Positions 46,283-55,882 of a stretch of 64,000 nt of DNA are shown piece after piece. The notes beneath the pieces are model-generated. The model was given only the letters and a program-made list of their open reading frames with translations, was not told the origin of the DNA and ran no database searches. Position 1 is the stretch's first letter, and every line of letters begins with the position of its first letter. The stretch comes from Gemmatimonadota bacterium. Lineage in GTDB: Bacteria > Gemmatimonadota > Gemmatimonadetes > Gemmatimonadales > GWC2-71-9. The stretch lies in the NCBI GenBank assembly GCA_003222085.1, contig QHUK01000048.1, positions 1,460 to 65,459 of the forward strand. The letters run 5' to 3'. A program made the translations under genes and the position numbers.

Positions 46283-47773
46283 ATGCCCGAGAACTTCAAG
46301 AATTTCATCGCCGGCGAGTGGGTCGCCCCTCGCACCGGCGCGTACTTCGAGAACCGCAACCCGGCGGACTCGGACGACGTGATCGGCTGCTTCCCGCGCT
46401 CGGGCCCGGACGACGTGACTCGCGCCGTCGCGTCGGCTCAGCGGGGGTTCGCGCAGTGGTCCCGGACACCCGCGCCGATCCGCGGCGAGGTGCTGCACCG
46501 CGTCGGCGATCTGCTCGTCCAGCGCAAGGAAGACATCGCGCGCGCCATGACGCGCGAGATGGGGAAGGTCCTGGCCGAGACCCGCGGCGATGTGCAGGAG
46601 GGAATCGACACCGCGCATTACGCCCACACGGAGGGGCGGCGGCTGTTCGGTCGCACCGTGCCGTCGGAGCTGCGCAACAAATGGGCGATGAGCTTCCGCC
46701 GGCCGATCGGCGTCGCCGGCCTCATCACGCCGTTCAACTTCCCGCTCGCGATCCCGACGTGGAAGATGTTCCCCGCGCTGTTGTGCGGGAACGCCGTGCT
46801 CTTCAAGCCGGCCGAAGACGTACCCCATACGGCGCACCTCTTGGTGGAGATCCTGCTCGAGGCGGGGCTGCCACCCGAGGTCGTGCAGCTGGTGCACGGG
46901 GAGGGCTCCGTCGTCGGCAAGGCCATGGTGGAGCATCCCGAGGTCCCCGTCGTCTCGTTCACCGGGTCGACCGAGACGGGGTCGATCATCGGCGCGACCT
47001 GCGGCCGGATGCACAAGCGTCTGTCGCTCGAGATGGGCGGCAAGAACGCGATGATCGTGATGGACGACGCGGATCTGGATTTGGCGCTCGACGGCGTGCT
47101 GTGGGGGGCGTTCGGCACCACCGGCCAGCGCTGCACCGCCACGAGTCGTCTGATCGTGCACGAGCGCGTGCACGACAGACTGGTCACGATGCTGTGCGAT
47201 CGGGCGGAGCGGATGCGCCTCGGTCCCGGACTCGACGCCAAGACCGATGTCGGCCCCCTCATCAACGAAGACGCACGCAAGAAGGTCGAGTATTACGTGG
47301 GGGTGGGGCGTGACGAGGGAGCCCAGGTGCTGACCGGCGGCGGACGGCCGGCCGCCAAGGGGCTCGAGCGCGGGTGGTTCTACCAGCCCACCGTGCTCGC
47401 CGGGGTCCGGGCCGGGATGCGGGTGGAGCAGGAGGAGATCTTCGGCCCCGTGCTCTCGGTCATCAAGGTGGGCTCGCTCGACGAGGCCGTCCGCGTGAAC
47501 AACGACGTGAAATACGGGCTCTCGAGCTCGCTGTACACACGGGACGTGAACGCCGCCTTCCGCGCGATGGGCGAGCTCGACACAGGGATCACGTACGTGA
47601 ACGCGCCGACCATCGGCGCCGAGGCCCACTTGCCGTTCGGCGGCGTGAAACAGACCGGGAATGGGCATCGCGAAGGCGGGTGGGAGGTCTACGATTTTTA
47701 CTCGGAGACCAAAGTGGTCTACGTGGACTTCTCCGGAAAGCTGCAGCGAGCCCAGATCGACACCGAGACCTGA
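46283..47773 (+). CDS. Aldehyde dehydrogenase family protein
   Basis: ITPFNFP, FKPA, SFTGS, LEMGGKN, GQRCTA, EEIFGPV, PFGGVK. Confidence 0.95.
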   Translation: MPENFKNFIAGEWVAPRTGAYFENRNPADSDDVIGCFPRSGPDDVTRAVASAQRGFAQWSRTPAPIRGEVLHRVGDLLVQRKEDIARAMTREMGKVLAETRGDVQEGIDTAHYAHTEGRRLFGRTVPSELRNKWAMSFRRPIGVAGLITPFNFPLAIPTWKMFPALLCGNAVLFKPAEDVPHTAHLLVEILLEAGLPPEVVQLVHGEGSVVGKAMVEHPEVPVVSFTGSTETGSIIGATCGRMHKRLSLEMGGKNAMIVMDDADLDLALDGVLWGAFGTTGQRCTATSRLIVHERVHDRLVTMLCDRAERMRLGPGLDAKTDVGPLINEDARKKVEYYVGVGRDEGAQVLTGGGRPAAKGLERGWFYQPTVLAGVRAGMRVEQEEIFGPVLSVIKVGSLDEAVRVNNDVKYGLSSSLYTRDVNAAFRAMGELDTGITYVNAPTIGAEAHLPFGGVKQTGNGHREGGWEVYDFYSETKVVYVDFSGKLQRAQIDTET

Positions 47774-47848
47774 CGTCCCGCGACGAATTGGACCGCCCCG
47801 CAATGGGACGGTGATGGCGCTCACACCGGCTGCATTAGCGTGCGGCCG

Positions 47849-48094
47849 GTGGATCACGAATCGTTGGTGATCGTCCTCTCGACCGGTGGCTCGCCGCTCG
47901 ACGGATCGGCGCTCAGCGGGCTGGCGGATGTCCGAGTGGCGTGGGTCCGCGTCGAGCGCGAGGGCGACGCGGCGTGCCTCGCGGCCCGGGTGTTGCATGG
48001 CGACTCCCCGGACCTGTTCCGGGACCGGGTTCGCCGCTGGGCCGGGGCACGCGGATGGGCGGTGACTGTTGCTTCTGGCGGACGGCTTGGCTAA
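47849..48094 (+). CDS. Small hypothetical protein
   Basis: Fills the gap between ALDH and lepB; GTG 7 nt after a TAGCGT hexamer. Confidence 0.5.
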   Translation: MDHESLVIVLSTGGSPLDGSALSGLADVRVAWVRVEREGDAACLAARVLHGDSPDLFRDRVRRWAGARGWAVTVASGGRLG

Positions 48095-48104
48095 CGTAAG
48101 AGCC

Positions 48105-48869
48105 ATGCATCACTTGGGGGCCCCTCGGCCGGGTACGAGCGCGCGCACCGCGCCGGTGCCCTTCGCCCCCCCTCAGCAGCGCTCCCGGCTTGCGCGATGG
48201 TTCGACAATTGGATGCGCTCGCTGGGCATGGCCCTGGTGCTGTTCCTCATCATCCGCACGTTCCTCGTCGAAGCGTTTCAAATTCCCTCAGGCAGCATGG
48301 AGCGCACGCTGCTCGCGGGCGACTTTCTATTCGTCAACAAGGCCGTCTACGGCGCGCAGATTCCCGGGACCCACGCCCGCCTTCCCGGCTTCGAGTCGCC
48401 GCGGCGCGGCGACGTCATCGTGTTCGCCTACCCGAAGAATCCCGAGCTCAACTACGTGAAGCGGGTCATCGGGGTCCCCGGGGACACGGTGGAAATGCGC
48501 GGCGGCGAGGTGCGGGTGAATGGCCGGCGGCTGGCGGAGCCCTATGTCCAGCGGGTGGACCCGCGCGACGTGTACGATCCGGAGTTCAACTGGCAGCGGG
48601 ACTATCTGCTCGGCGGCCCGGGGGTGGCACGCGACTACCACCCGACGCGGGACACATGGGGTCCCCTCGCCGTCCCGGCCGGGAAATACTTCGTGTTGGG
48701 CGACAACCGAGACAACTCAGCGGATTCCCGGTACTGGGGCTTCGTGGACGCGGCCGCAGTCAAGGGACGGCCGCTCGTCGTGTATTTCAGTTACGACCGG
48801 GAGGCGCACGATGCGCTTCCTTGGCTGACCGATATTCGCTGGCACCGGCTCGGGTCGATTATCCGGTAA
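48105..48869 (+). CDS. lepB: Signal peptidase I
   Basis: FQIPSGSMERTL (Ser), RGDVIVF, YVKRVIG (Lys), GDNRDNSADSRYWG. Confidence 0.95.
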   Translation: MHHLGAPRPGTSARTAPVPFAPPQQRSRLARWFDNWMRSLGMALVLFLIIRTFLVEAFQIPSGSMERTLLAGDFLFVNKAVYGAQIPGTHARLPGFESPRRGDVIVFAYPKNPELNYVKRVIGVPGDTVEMRGGEVRVNGRRLAEPYVQRVDPRDVYDPEFNWQRDYLLGGPGVARDYHPTRDTWGPLAVPAGKYFVLGDNRDNSADSRYWGFVDAAAVKGRPLVVYFSYDREAHDALPWLTDIRWHRLGSIIR

Positions 48870-48936
48870 GAACCGGCGACTGGAGCCTGGAGTCCCGTGC
48901 GGCGGCGTCGTGCGCGCCTGGAGGGGTGACTCGGCC

Positions 48937-49794
48937 ATGCAACTGAACACGGCGAAACGAGCCTCGTTCGACGAGGGATCGCTCGACCAGTACCTGCGGG
49001 AGATCAGCCAGTATCCGTTGATCACCCGTGAGGAAGAGGTGACGCTGGCCCAGCGGATCAAACAGAGCGACGCGGAGGCGCTGGACAAGCTGGTGCGCTC
49101 GAACCTCCGGTTCGTCGTCTCGGTGGCCAAGAAGTACCAGAACCAGGGCGTCTCCCTCTCGGACTTGATCAACGAGGGCAACCTCGGCCTGATCCGAGCC
49201 GCCCACAAGTTCGACGAGACCAAAGGCATCAAATTCATCTCCTACGCCGTCTGGTGGATCCGGCAGGCGATCCTCCAAGCGCTCGCCGAGCAATCGCGTA
49301 TCGTGCGCGTGCCGCTGAACCGGGCGGGCACGCTGCACCGCATCGGCAAACGCTCGGCCTCGCTCCTGCAAGAGCTCGGCCGCGAGCCGACCGTGGAAGA
49401 GATCGCCGAAGGGATGGACATCTCCGAGGAAGAGGTGGCGAAGACGCTGTCCATCTCGCAGGCCCACCTCTCCCTGGACGCCCCCCTCACCCCCGGCGAG
49501 GACAACAAGCTCCTCGACTACCTGCCGGACACGACCAGCCCTGGTCCCGACGACGAGATCTTCGAGCACGCCCTCACCGAATCGATCGAGGAAGTGCTGG
49601 CGACCCTCAAGGAGCGCGAGGCGAAGATCCTGCGGCTGTACTTCGGGCTCGAAGGCCAGGAGCCGATGACGCTCGAGGAGATCGGCTCGCTGCTCGGGAT
49701 TACCCGGGAGCGGGTAAGACAAATTAAAGAGAAAGCCCTGGCGCGCCTCCGGCACGTGTCGCGGGCCCGGGCGCTGGAAAGCTTCCTGCTCTAA
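48937..49794 (+). CDS. Sigma70 factor, RpoD/SigA-like, lacking region 1.1 (285 aa)
   Basis: SLDQYLREI, NLRFVVSVAKKY, DLINEGNLGL, KFISYAVWWIRQAI, TLEEIG...ITRERVRQI. Confidence 0.93.
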   Translation: MQLNTAKRASFDEGSLDQYLREISQYPLITREEEVTLAQRIKQSDAEALDKLVRSNLRFVVSVAKKYQNQGVSLSDLINEGNLGLIRAAHKFDETKGIKFISYAVWWIRQAILQALAEQSRIVRVPLNRAGTLHRIGKRSASLLQELGREPTVEEIAEGMDISEEEVAKTLSISQAHLSLDAPLTPGEDNKLLDYLPDTTSPGPDDEIFEHALTESIEEVLATLKEREAKILRLYFGLEGQEPMTLEEIGSLLGITRERVRQIKEKALARLRHVSRARALESFLL

Positions 49795-49803
49795 AGACGA
49801 ACT

Positions 49804-49857
49804 GCGTGGTGTGTGGTGCGTGGTTGGTGACGGTTAACCACTCACCACGTACCACGC
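49804..49857. repeat. Heptamer tandem-inverted element, GCGTGGT type
   Basis: GCGTGGT GTGTGGT GCGTGGT T ... AACCACT CACCACG TACCACGC, just after the sigma factor stop. Confidence 0.75.
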
Positions 49858-49874
49858 CTTTATATTGTCTCACC

Positions 49875-50378
49875 ATGGCCGCTCTCGCATCCTTCGACAT
49901 CTCCACCGGTGCCGACCTCCAAGAGGTCGACAACGCGGTGAATCAAGCCACCAAAGAGGTGGCTCAGCGCTACGACTTCAAGGGCTCGAAGGCCTCGATC
50001 GCGTTCGACCGCGCCAAGGCCGTCCTCACGCTCGTCGCCGACGACGACTTCAAAATGAAGGCGCTGTTCGACGTGCTGCAGGCGAAGCTCATCAAGCGCA
50101 ACGTGCCCGTGAAGAACCTCGAGCTGGGCCCCGTCACGCCCGCGGCGAACGACACCGTGCGTCGGGAGATCAAGCTGACCCAGGGCATCCCCCAGGAAAA
50201 GGCGAAAGCGATCGTCAAGGCGATCAAGGACAGGAAGTTCAAAAAGGCGCAGGCGTCGATCCAGGGCGAGGAGATCCGCGTCCAGGCGCCGGCCAAGGAC
50301 GAGCTCCAGGAAGTGATCGCCTTCCTGCGCACGCAGGACTTCGGACTCGAGCTCCGATTCGGGAATTACCGCGGATGA
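49875..50378 (+). CDS. yajQ: YajQ family nucleotide/c-di-GMP-binding protein
   Basis: SFDI, QEVDNAVNQA, RYDFKGS, ASIQGEEIRV, DELQEVIA, FGNYR. Confidence 0.93.
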   Translation: MAALASFDISTGADLQEVDNAVNQATKEVAQRYDFKGSKASIAFDRAKAVLTLVADDDFKMKALFDVLQAKLIKRNVPVKNLELGPVTPAANDTVRREIKLTQGIPQEKAKAIVKAIKDRKFKKAQASIQGEEIRVQAPAKDELQEVIAFLRTQDFGLELRFGNYRG

Positions 50379-51691
50379 AGCTCGGCGTCGTCTCGCTCGG
50401 CTGCGACAAGGCGACCGTCGACTCCGAGCGGCTGGTCGGCCAGCTGGTGGGCCACGGTGCCGTGGTGACGCCGCACCTCCCGGACGCCGACGTGATCCTC
50501 GTGAATACGTGTGGCTTCATCGACGCCGCGAAGCAGGAGTCGATCGACGCGCTGTTGTCAGCCGCAAGCCTCAAGGCACACGGCGGTGTGAAAGCGGTCG
50601 TCGCGGTCGGATGCCTCGTCCAGCGGTATAAGGAAGAGCTGCAACGGGAAATCCCGGAGGTCGACCTGTTTCTCGGGTTTTCCGATTTGCATCACCTGGT
50701 GCCGGCGCTCGCCGAGCGGGGGTTGATCGACGACCCGCTCGCGACCCATCCGGGCGTCCGCCAGTTCCTCGGTGATGCACGCCACGTTCGCTATCTCAAG
50801 ATCTCCGAGGGTTGCGACCACACCTGCGCATTCTGCGCCATCCCGTTGATGCGCGGGAAGCACCGCTCCGAGCCGCTCGAGCGTCTGGTGCGCGAGGCGC
50901 AGGCCCTCGAGGCGCAGGGTGCGCAGGAGATCAACCTGGTAGCCCAGGACCTGGGACACTACGGCCGGGACCTGGGATTGGGGGGACCCAAGCTCCCCGA
51001 CCTGCTCGAAGCGCTGCTCGCCGGGACATCCGTCCCCTGGTATCGCCTGTTGTACGTCTACTCGGCGGGCCTCACCGAGCGGCTGGTCGAGCTCGTGGCG
51101 CGAAGCCCGCGCATCGTCCCGTACATCGACATCCCGATTCAGCACGCCGCCGACCGTATGCTCGAGCGGATGCGCCGTCCCGAGCGCCAGCGCACGCTGC
51201 GGGACAAGCTCGGCTGGCTGCGGGGGGCGATTCCGGACCTCGCGATCCGCACGACCTGCCTGGTGGGCTTTCCCGGCGAAACGGACGACGATTTCCGGGA
51301 GCTGCTGACCTTTCTCGAGGAGGCGCAGTTCGACCGGCTCGGCGCCTTCGCCTACTCGCCCCAGGAGGGCACCCGCGCGACCCAGTACCCGGACGACGTC
51401 CCCGACGCCGTGAAGCGCGAGCGCCTGGAGGAGTTGCTCGAGGTGCAGCGTGCGATCTCGGCCGAGCGTCTTGCGCGGTTCGTGGGGCGGGACGTCCGCG
51501 TATTGGTGGACCGCGTGGCCGATCCCGACGAGGAGCGTGCCACGCATGTGGGGCGCGTGGCCTGGCAGGCGGACGACGTGGACGGCGTCACCTACGTGGA
51601 GCGGGGCGGCTGGGCCGACTCAGGATCCTTCGTCCACGCCCGACTGACGGCGAGCGAGGACTACGATTTCCGGGCGGTCGCCCTGACGTGA
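50375..51691 (+). CDS. rimO: Ribosomal protein S12 methylthiotransferase
   Basis: SLGCDKATVDSE, NTCGFIDAAKQESI, GC, YLKISEGCDHTCAFCAIP, TRAM domain. Confidence 0.93.
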   Translation: MKLGVVSLGCDKATVDSERLVGQLVGHGAVVTPHLPDADVILVNTCGFIDAAKQESIDALLSAASLKAHGGVKAVVAVGCLVQRYKEELQREIPEVDLFLGFSDLHHLVPALAERGLIDDPLATHPGVRQFLGDARHVRYLKISEGCDHTCAFCAIPLMRGKHRSEPLERLVREAQALEAQGAQEINLVAQDLGHYGRDLGLGGPKLPDLLEALLAGTSVPWYRLLYVYSAGLTERLVELVARSPRIVPYIDIPIQHAADRMLERMRRPERQRTLRDKLGWLRGAIPDLAIRTTCLVGFPGETDDDFRELLTFLEEAQFDRLGAFAYSPQEGTRATQYPDDVPDAVKRERLEELLEVQRAISAERLARFVGRDVRVLVDRVADPDEERATHVGRVAWQADDVDGVTYVERGGWADSGSFVHARLTASEDYDFRAVALT

Positions 51692-52974
51692 CCCGCTCGG
51701 AGGAGCTCTTCGAGCGAGCGAAAGCGGTGCTGCCGGGCGGGGTGAATTCGCCGGTGCGGGCGTTCCGGGCGGTGGACGGAACGCCCTTTTTCGTCGCCCG
51801 CGCAGCCGGCGCGCGGCTCACCGACGTGGACGGCCGTACGTACCTCGATTACGTCTGCTCGTGGGGCCCGCTGATCCTGGGACACGCGCACCCGGCGGTG
51901 CTCGACGCGGTCCGCGCGGCGGCGGCTGCGGGGTGGAGCTACGGCACGCCGTGCGAGGCGGAGGTGGAGCTCGCCGAACAGGTGCGGCGGCGGATGCCGG
52001 CGGTCGCAATGGTGCGCTTCGTGAACTCGGGGACCGAAGCGACGATGGCCGCGGTGCGGGTCGCCCGCGCGGCGACTCGCCGCGAGCTGGTCCTGAAGTT
52101 CGAGGGCTGCTACCACGGCCACGCGGACAGCTTCCTCGTGAAAGCTGGCAGCGGCGTCGCGACGCTCGGCTTGCCCGATAGTCCCGGCGTCCCCGCCGCG
52201 CTCGCCGGTCTCACCCTCACGCTGCCCTTCAATGACACCCTCGCCGTCGGAGAGCTGTTCCGGCGACGGGGTGACACGCTGGCCGCAGTGATCGTCGAGC
52301 CGTACGTCGGGAACTGTGGGTTCATAGCGCCCGAGCCGGAGTTCCACACGGCGCTCCGCGCCCTGTGCGACCGCCACGGCGCCCTGTTGATCTTCGACGA
52401 GGTGATGACCGGCTTCCGGGTCGGGCCGGGCGGCGCCCAGGAACGACTGGACATCCGGCCCGATTTGACCACGCTGGGAAAGATCGTCGGCGGCGGCTTC
52501 CCGGTCGGCGCATACGGGGGCCGCGCGGAGCTGATGCGCCTCGTCGCGCCCGAGGGACCGGTCTACCAGGCCGGGACGCTTGCGGGGAATCCGGTGGCCA
52601 TGGCCGCCGGCCTGGCCACGTTGCGCGAGACGGAGCGGCCCGGGTTCTACGAGGCACTCGAGCGGCGAACCGCGCGGCTGGTCGCGGGTATAGGGGACGC
52701 CGCGCGCCGCCACGGGATCACGGCCACCGCGGGGCACGCGGGCTCCATGTGGGGCATGTACTTCGCGCCCGGCCCGGTCAAGAACTTCGCCCAGGCGAAG
52801 GTCGCAGACACGGCGCTGTTCGCGCGCTGGCACCGGTCGGCACTGGCGCGCGGCGTGTTCCTCGCGCCCTCGGCGTTCGAGGCAGGCTTCGTCTCCAGCG
52901 CGCATACCGATGCGGACATCGACTTCACCATCACACAACTCGACGCGGCACTGGGCGAAGCGCGGGCTCGCTAG
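51688..52974 (+). CDS. hemL: Glutamate-1-semialdehyde 2,1-aminomutase
   Basis: PGGVNSPVRAF, SWGPLILGH, NSGTEATM, GCYHGH, FDEVMTGFR, LGKIVGGG, YQAGTL. Confidence 0.95.
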   Translation: MTRSEELFERAKAVLPGGVNSPVRAFRAVDGTPFFVARAAGARLTDVDGRTYLDYVCSWGPLILGHAHPAVLDAVRAAAAAGWSYGTPCEAEVELAEQVRRRMPAVAMVRFVNSGTEATMAAVRVARAATRRELVLKFEGCYHGHADSFLVKAGSGVATLGLPDSPGVPAALAGLTLTLPFNDTLAVGELFRRRGDTLAAVIVEPYVGNCGFIAPEPEFHTALRALCDRHGALLIFDEVMTGFRVGPGGAQERLDIRPDLTTLGKIVGGGFPVGAYGGRAELMRLVAPEGPVYQAGTLAGNPVAMAAGLATLRETERPGFYEALERRTARLVAGIGDAARRHGITATAGHAGSMWGMYFAPGPVKNFAQAKVADTALFARWHRSALARGVFLAPSAFEAGFVSSAHTDADIDFTITQLDAALGEARAR

Positions 52975-54187
52975 CGCCCTCGCCCTCGCCGGCGCCTGTG
53001 GCCGGCCGCAACCCTCGCCCCTCACCCCGGGGGCGGAGCCGGAGCTGCGCGTCGGGCTCGTCGCCGGTGCGCCCAGCGTCACTCTGGGAGGCGATGGAGA
53101 GCTGTTCGTCACCGACGACGCGAACGGCGAGCCGATCGGCTCGATCCCCGCCGGTACCGTGTGGACCGTCGTGATCGACACCCCGGGCGTCAGGCTCGTG
53201 AAGGCGGACGGCGCCCGGAGCGAGCGGCGCGCCGGCATCTCCGCGGTGAGCGTCACGGAGAACCGCTTCGCCATGGCCAACGGCCGGCGGTATCGCGGGC
53301 GGCTGAATGTGCTGCGTGACCCGACGGGCCTCACCGTGATGAACCGGGTGCCGGTCGAGAGCTACCTCGCGGGCGTGATCGGCGGAGAAATGGGACCGCG
53401 ACGCGCCGACGAACGCCAGGCGATGCTCGCGCAGGCCGTGGTGTCGCGGACGTTCGCGCTCAAGAACCGGGGCCGCTGGGAGCCGCAGGGCTTCGACGCC
53501 TGGGCCGATGTGCGAGACCAGGTGTACGCCGGAGTCGCGGGGGAGACGGCCGAGGTGTGGGGCGCCCTGCGCGCCACCAGGGGGGAGGTGCTGCGCTATC
53601 ACGGCGACCTGATTTACGCCTACTTCCACTCGACCTGCGGGTTCTCGACCGCCGGCGTGGACGAGGCGTTCAAGACGGCCCAGAGCCAGCCGTACCTGCG
53701 GCCGATTTCCGACGCGTCCGGGGGCGGGCACTATTACTGCGAACTCTCGCCGCGCTTTCGCTGGCGCCAGGAATGGGACGGGGCCAAGCTGCGCGCTATA
53801 TTGTCGCGGACGCTGCCCGCGATGATGAACGCGGGCGGGGGCGGGCTGCAACGCATCACCGACATCGAAGTGACCCGCATGACGGCCTCGGGCCGGGTCG
53901 GCGAGCTCCGTATCGCGTTCGAGCACGGCGACGTACGCGTGCTCGGCCCCGACGTGCGCGCGGTGCTGCGGCCCGAGGCCGATCAGATGCTCGGCAGCAC
54001 TTCCTTCGCCCTCTCGGTGACGAAGGACGGCGGCCAGGTCAGCCGGCTCATCGCCGCAGGCGCGGGGTGGGGCCACGGGGTCGGCTTCTGTCAGTGGGGT
54101 GCGGTGGGCCGGGCCCGCGCCGGTCACGATTACCGCAGGATCGTCACCACCTACTTTCCGGGGACCAATGTCGAGCGCCTCTACTAA
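52910..54187 (+). CDS. SpoIID/LytB domain lipoprotein (lytic transglycosylase-like)
   Basis: LAGA-C lipobox; RYRG, ESYLAGV..EM, AQAVVSRTFA, DQVY, FHSTCG, GWGHGVGFCQWGA; start uncertain, overlaps hemL. Confidence 0.88.
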   Translation: MRTSTSPSHNSTRHWAKRGLASALALAGACGRPQPSPLTPGAEPELRVGLVAGAPSVTLGGDGELFVTDDANGEPIGSIPAGTVWTVVIDTPGVRLVKADGARSERRAGISAVSVTENRFAMANGRRYRGRLNVLRDPTGLTVMNRVPVESYLAGVIGGEMGPRRADERQAMLAQAVVSRTFALKNRGRWEPQGFDAWADVRDQVYAGVAGETAEVWGALRATRGEVLRYHGDLIYAYFHSTCGFSTAGVDEAFKTAQSQPYLRPISDASGGGHYYCELSPRFRWRQEWDGAKLRAILSRTLPAMMNAGGGGLQRITDIEVTRMTASGRVGELRIAFEHGDVRVLGPDVRAVLRPEADQMLGSTSFALSVTKDGGQVSRLIAAGAGWGHGVGFCQWGAVGRARAGHDYRRIVTTYFPGTNVERLY

Positions 54188-54878
54188 GGCAGGCGGACGG
54201 TCGGACGGCCGGACGGTCGGACCGTGGATTCCGCTTGCGGTGCTGCTGTCGGTCAGTCCGACGGCTCGCCTGTCCGCCCAAGGTTTTCTCTCGCAGTTCT
54301 CCTACGACAACCTGAAGCCGAGTGCCCTCCAGGTCGATCTCGGCCCGGTGGGCGGGAACAACATCCGCGGGACGCTCACCGGCGGCCTGCGGCTCGATTA
54401 CGGGTTCATTGCCCCGCACGTGCGCGTGCTGCTCGGCGTCTCGTATTACAAGGCCGATTTCAGCTCCGCAGCGCGCGCGCGCTTCGCGCAGAGCCTCGAC
54501 AGCATCGTGAACCCGGGCACGCCGGATGCGATCAATCTGGGTCGCATCACGTGGAGCGACGTCACGGGGGACATAGACCTGCAATACGTGCTGCCCCAAG
54601 GGCGCTCCGTGACGACCTATCTGGGCATCGGGCTCGGCGCCCACATCCGGCACGGCAGCGGCCCCGCCATCAACGGCACCTTCGTGCAGGACGCGCTGAA
54701 CTCGATCACCGCGGGCTTGAACGGCACGATCGGTGCCGAGGTCGGGGCCCAGCGCTGGCGCTTCACCCTCGAGGCCCGCGGCGTGCTGTCGAGCGGCGTC
54801 TCGACCGCCTCGCTGCGGAGCGGCGTGATGTACCACTGGGCGGGGACGAGAGGCGGGGGACGGGGGACGGCGAAGTGA
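54168..54878 (+). CDS. Small outer-membrane beta-barrel protein with repeat-derived signal peptide
   Basis: Cleavage LSA-Q; amphipathic strands (GGLRLDYG, TYLGIGLG, TLEARG) ending YHW plus a short tail. Confidence 0.7.
   Translation: MSSASTKAGGRSDGRTVGPWIPLAVLLSVSPTARLSAQGFLSQFSYDNLKPSALQVDLGPVGGNNIRGTLTGGLRLDYGFIAPHVRVLLGVSYYKADFSSAARARFAQSLDSIVNPGTPDAINLGRITWSDVTGDIDLQYVLPQGRSVTTYLGIGLGAHIRHGSGPAINGTFVQDALNSITAGLNGTIGAEVGAQRWRFTLEARGVLSSGVSTASLRSGVMYHWAGTRGGGRGTAK
54192..54278. repeat. Octamer tandem-inverted element (GNCGGACG x4) overlapping a signal peptide
   Basis: GGCGGACG GTCGGACG GCCGGACG GTCGGACC ... AGTCCGAC GGCTCGCC TGTCCGCC; starts 4 nt after the SpoIID stop. Confidence 0.75.
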
Positions 54879-55882
54879 GCGACCCGGTCCGCGTCGCGGT
54901 GATCGGGGCCGGCGCGATCGCACAGGTTGCGCACCTCCCGGTGCTGCGGCGCTTGCCGGGCGTGGAGGTCTGCGCCATCTGCGACTCGGACTTGGGTAAG
55001 GCCCAGGCCCTCGCGGGGCGATTCGACGTCAAGGAGACCTTCGACGACATCGAGGAAGTGCTCAAGTATTCCCATCCCAGTGCGGTCGCGATCTGCACTC
55101 CGAATCACCTGCACGAGATCCACGTCGTCTCCGCCCTCGCGGCCGGCGCGCACGTGCTGTGCGAGCGGCCGCTCGCGCTCACGCTCGCCGGAGTGGAGCG
55201 GGTGCTCCAGGCGAGCGAGAAGTACGGCCGGCGAGTGATGGTCGGAATGAACCACCGCTTCCGCTCCGACGTGCAGGCGGTACGCGGCTTTCTCGCGGGT
55301 GGCGACATCGGCGTGCTGCAGGCGATCCGCTGCGGCTGGTACACCTTCCAGCCGAGCCGGAACCTCGTGGCGTGGCGACTGCGGCGCCAGGAGGCCGGCG
55401 GCGGCGCGTTCCTCGACCTCGGCCTGCAGCTCCTGGACTTGGGGCTCTGGCTCGCGGGATGGCCGGCGGCCAAACGCATCGCGGCGCATACGATGGGGCC
55501 GGGAAAAGACAGCGTCGAGGACATGGCGACGGCGCTGGTCGTGTGCGCGAACGGCGTCTCCCTCTCGATCGACGTGAGCTGGCGTCACATGGGTGAGGCC
55601 GAGCGGTTTTGGTTCGACCTGGTCGGTACCAAGGGCTCGGCCCGAGTCCAGCCCCTGCGCGTCTTCAAGGAGATGCATGGGACGATCACCGACGTGACCC
55701 CGACCGGAGCGAGCGGGCGGGAGACGCCGTTCGCACAGTCCTACCGCGCCGAGTGGACGTACTTCCTGGCCGTGATGAAGGGGGATGTGAACGCCCCGCC
55801 GCCGCGCGACCAGCTCGCGTTGCACCGCGTGCTGGATGCCGTCTATCGCTCGGCGGACGAGGGGCGCGACGTGCTCCTGTGA
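54875..55882 (+). CDS. Gfo/Idh/MocA family oxidoreductase
   Basis: VAVIGAGAIA, ICTPNHLH, HVLCERP, GGGAFLDLG. Confidence 0.92.
   Translation: MSDPVRVAVIGAGAIAQVAHLPVLRRLPGVEVCAICDSDLGKAQALAGRFDVKETFDDIEEVLKYSHPSAVAICTPNHLHEIHVVSALAAGAHVLCERPLALTLAGVERVLQASEKYGRRVMVGMNHRFRSDVQAVRGFLAGGDIGVLQAIRCGWYTFQPSRNLVAWRLRRQEAGGGAFLDLGLQLLDLGLWLAGWPAAKRIAAHTMGPGKDSVEDMATALVVCANGVSLSIDVSWRHMGEAERFWFDLVGTKGSARVQPLRVFKEMHGTITDVTPTGASGRETPFAQSYRAEWTYFLAVMKGDVNAPPPRDQLALHRVLDAVYRSADEGRDVLL

Noticed and set aside
48870-48900. CTGGAGC CTGGAGT heptamer pair after lepB
   Set aside because: Only two units and no inverted arm; too weak to assign to the repeat family.
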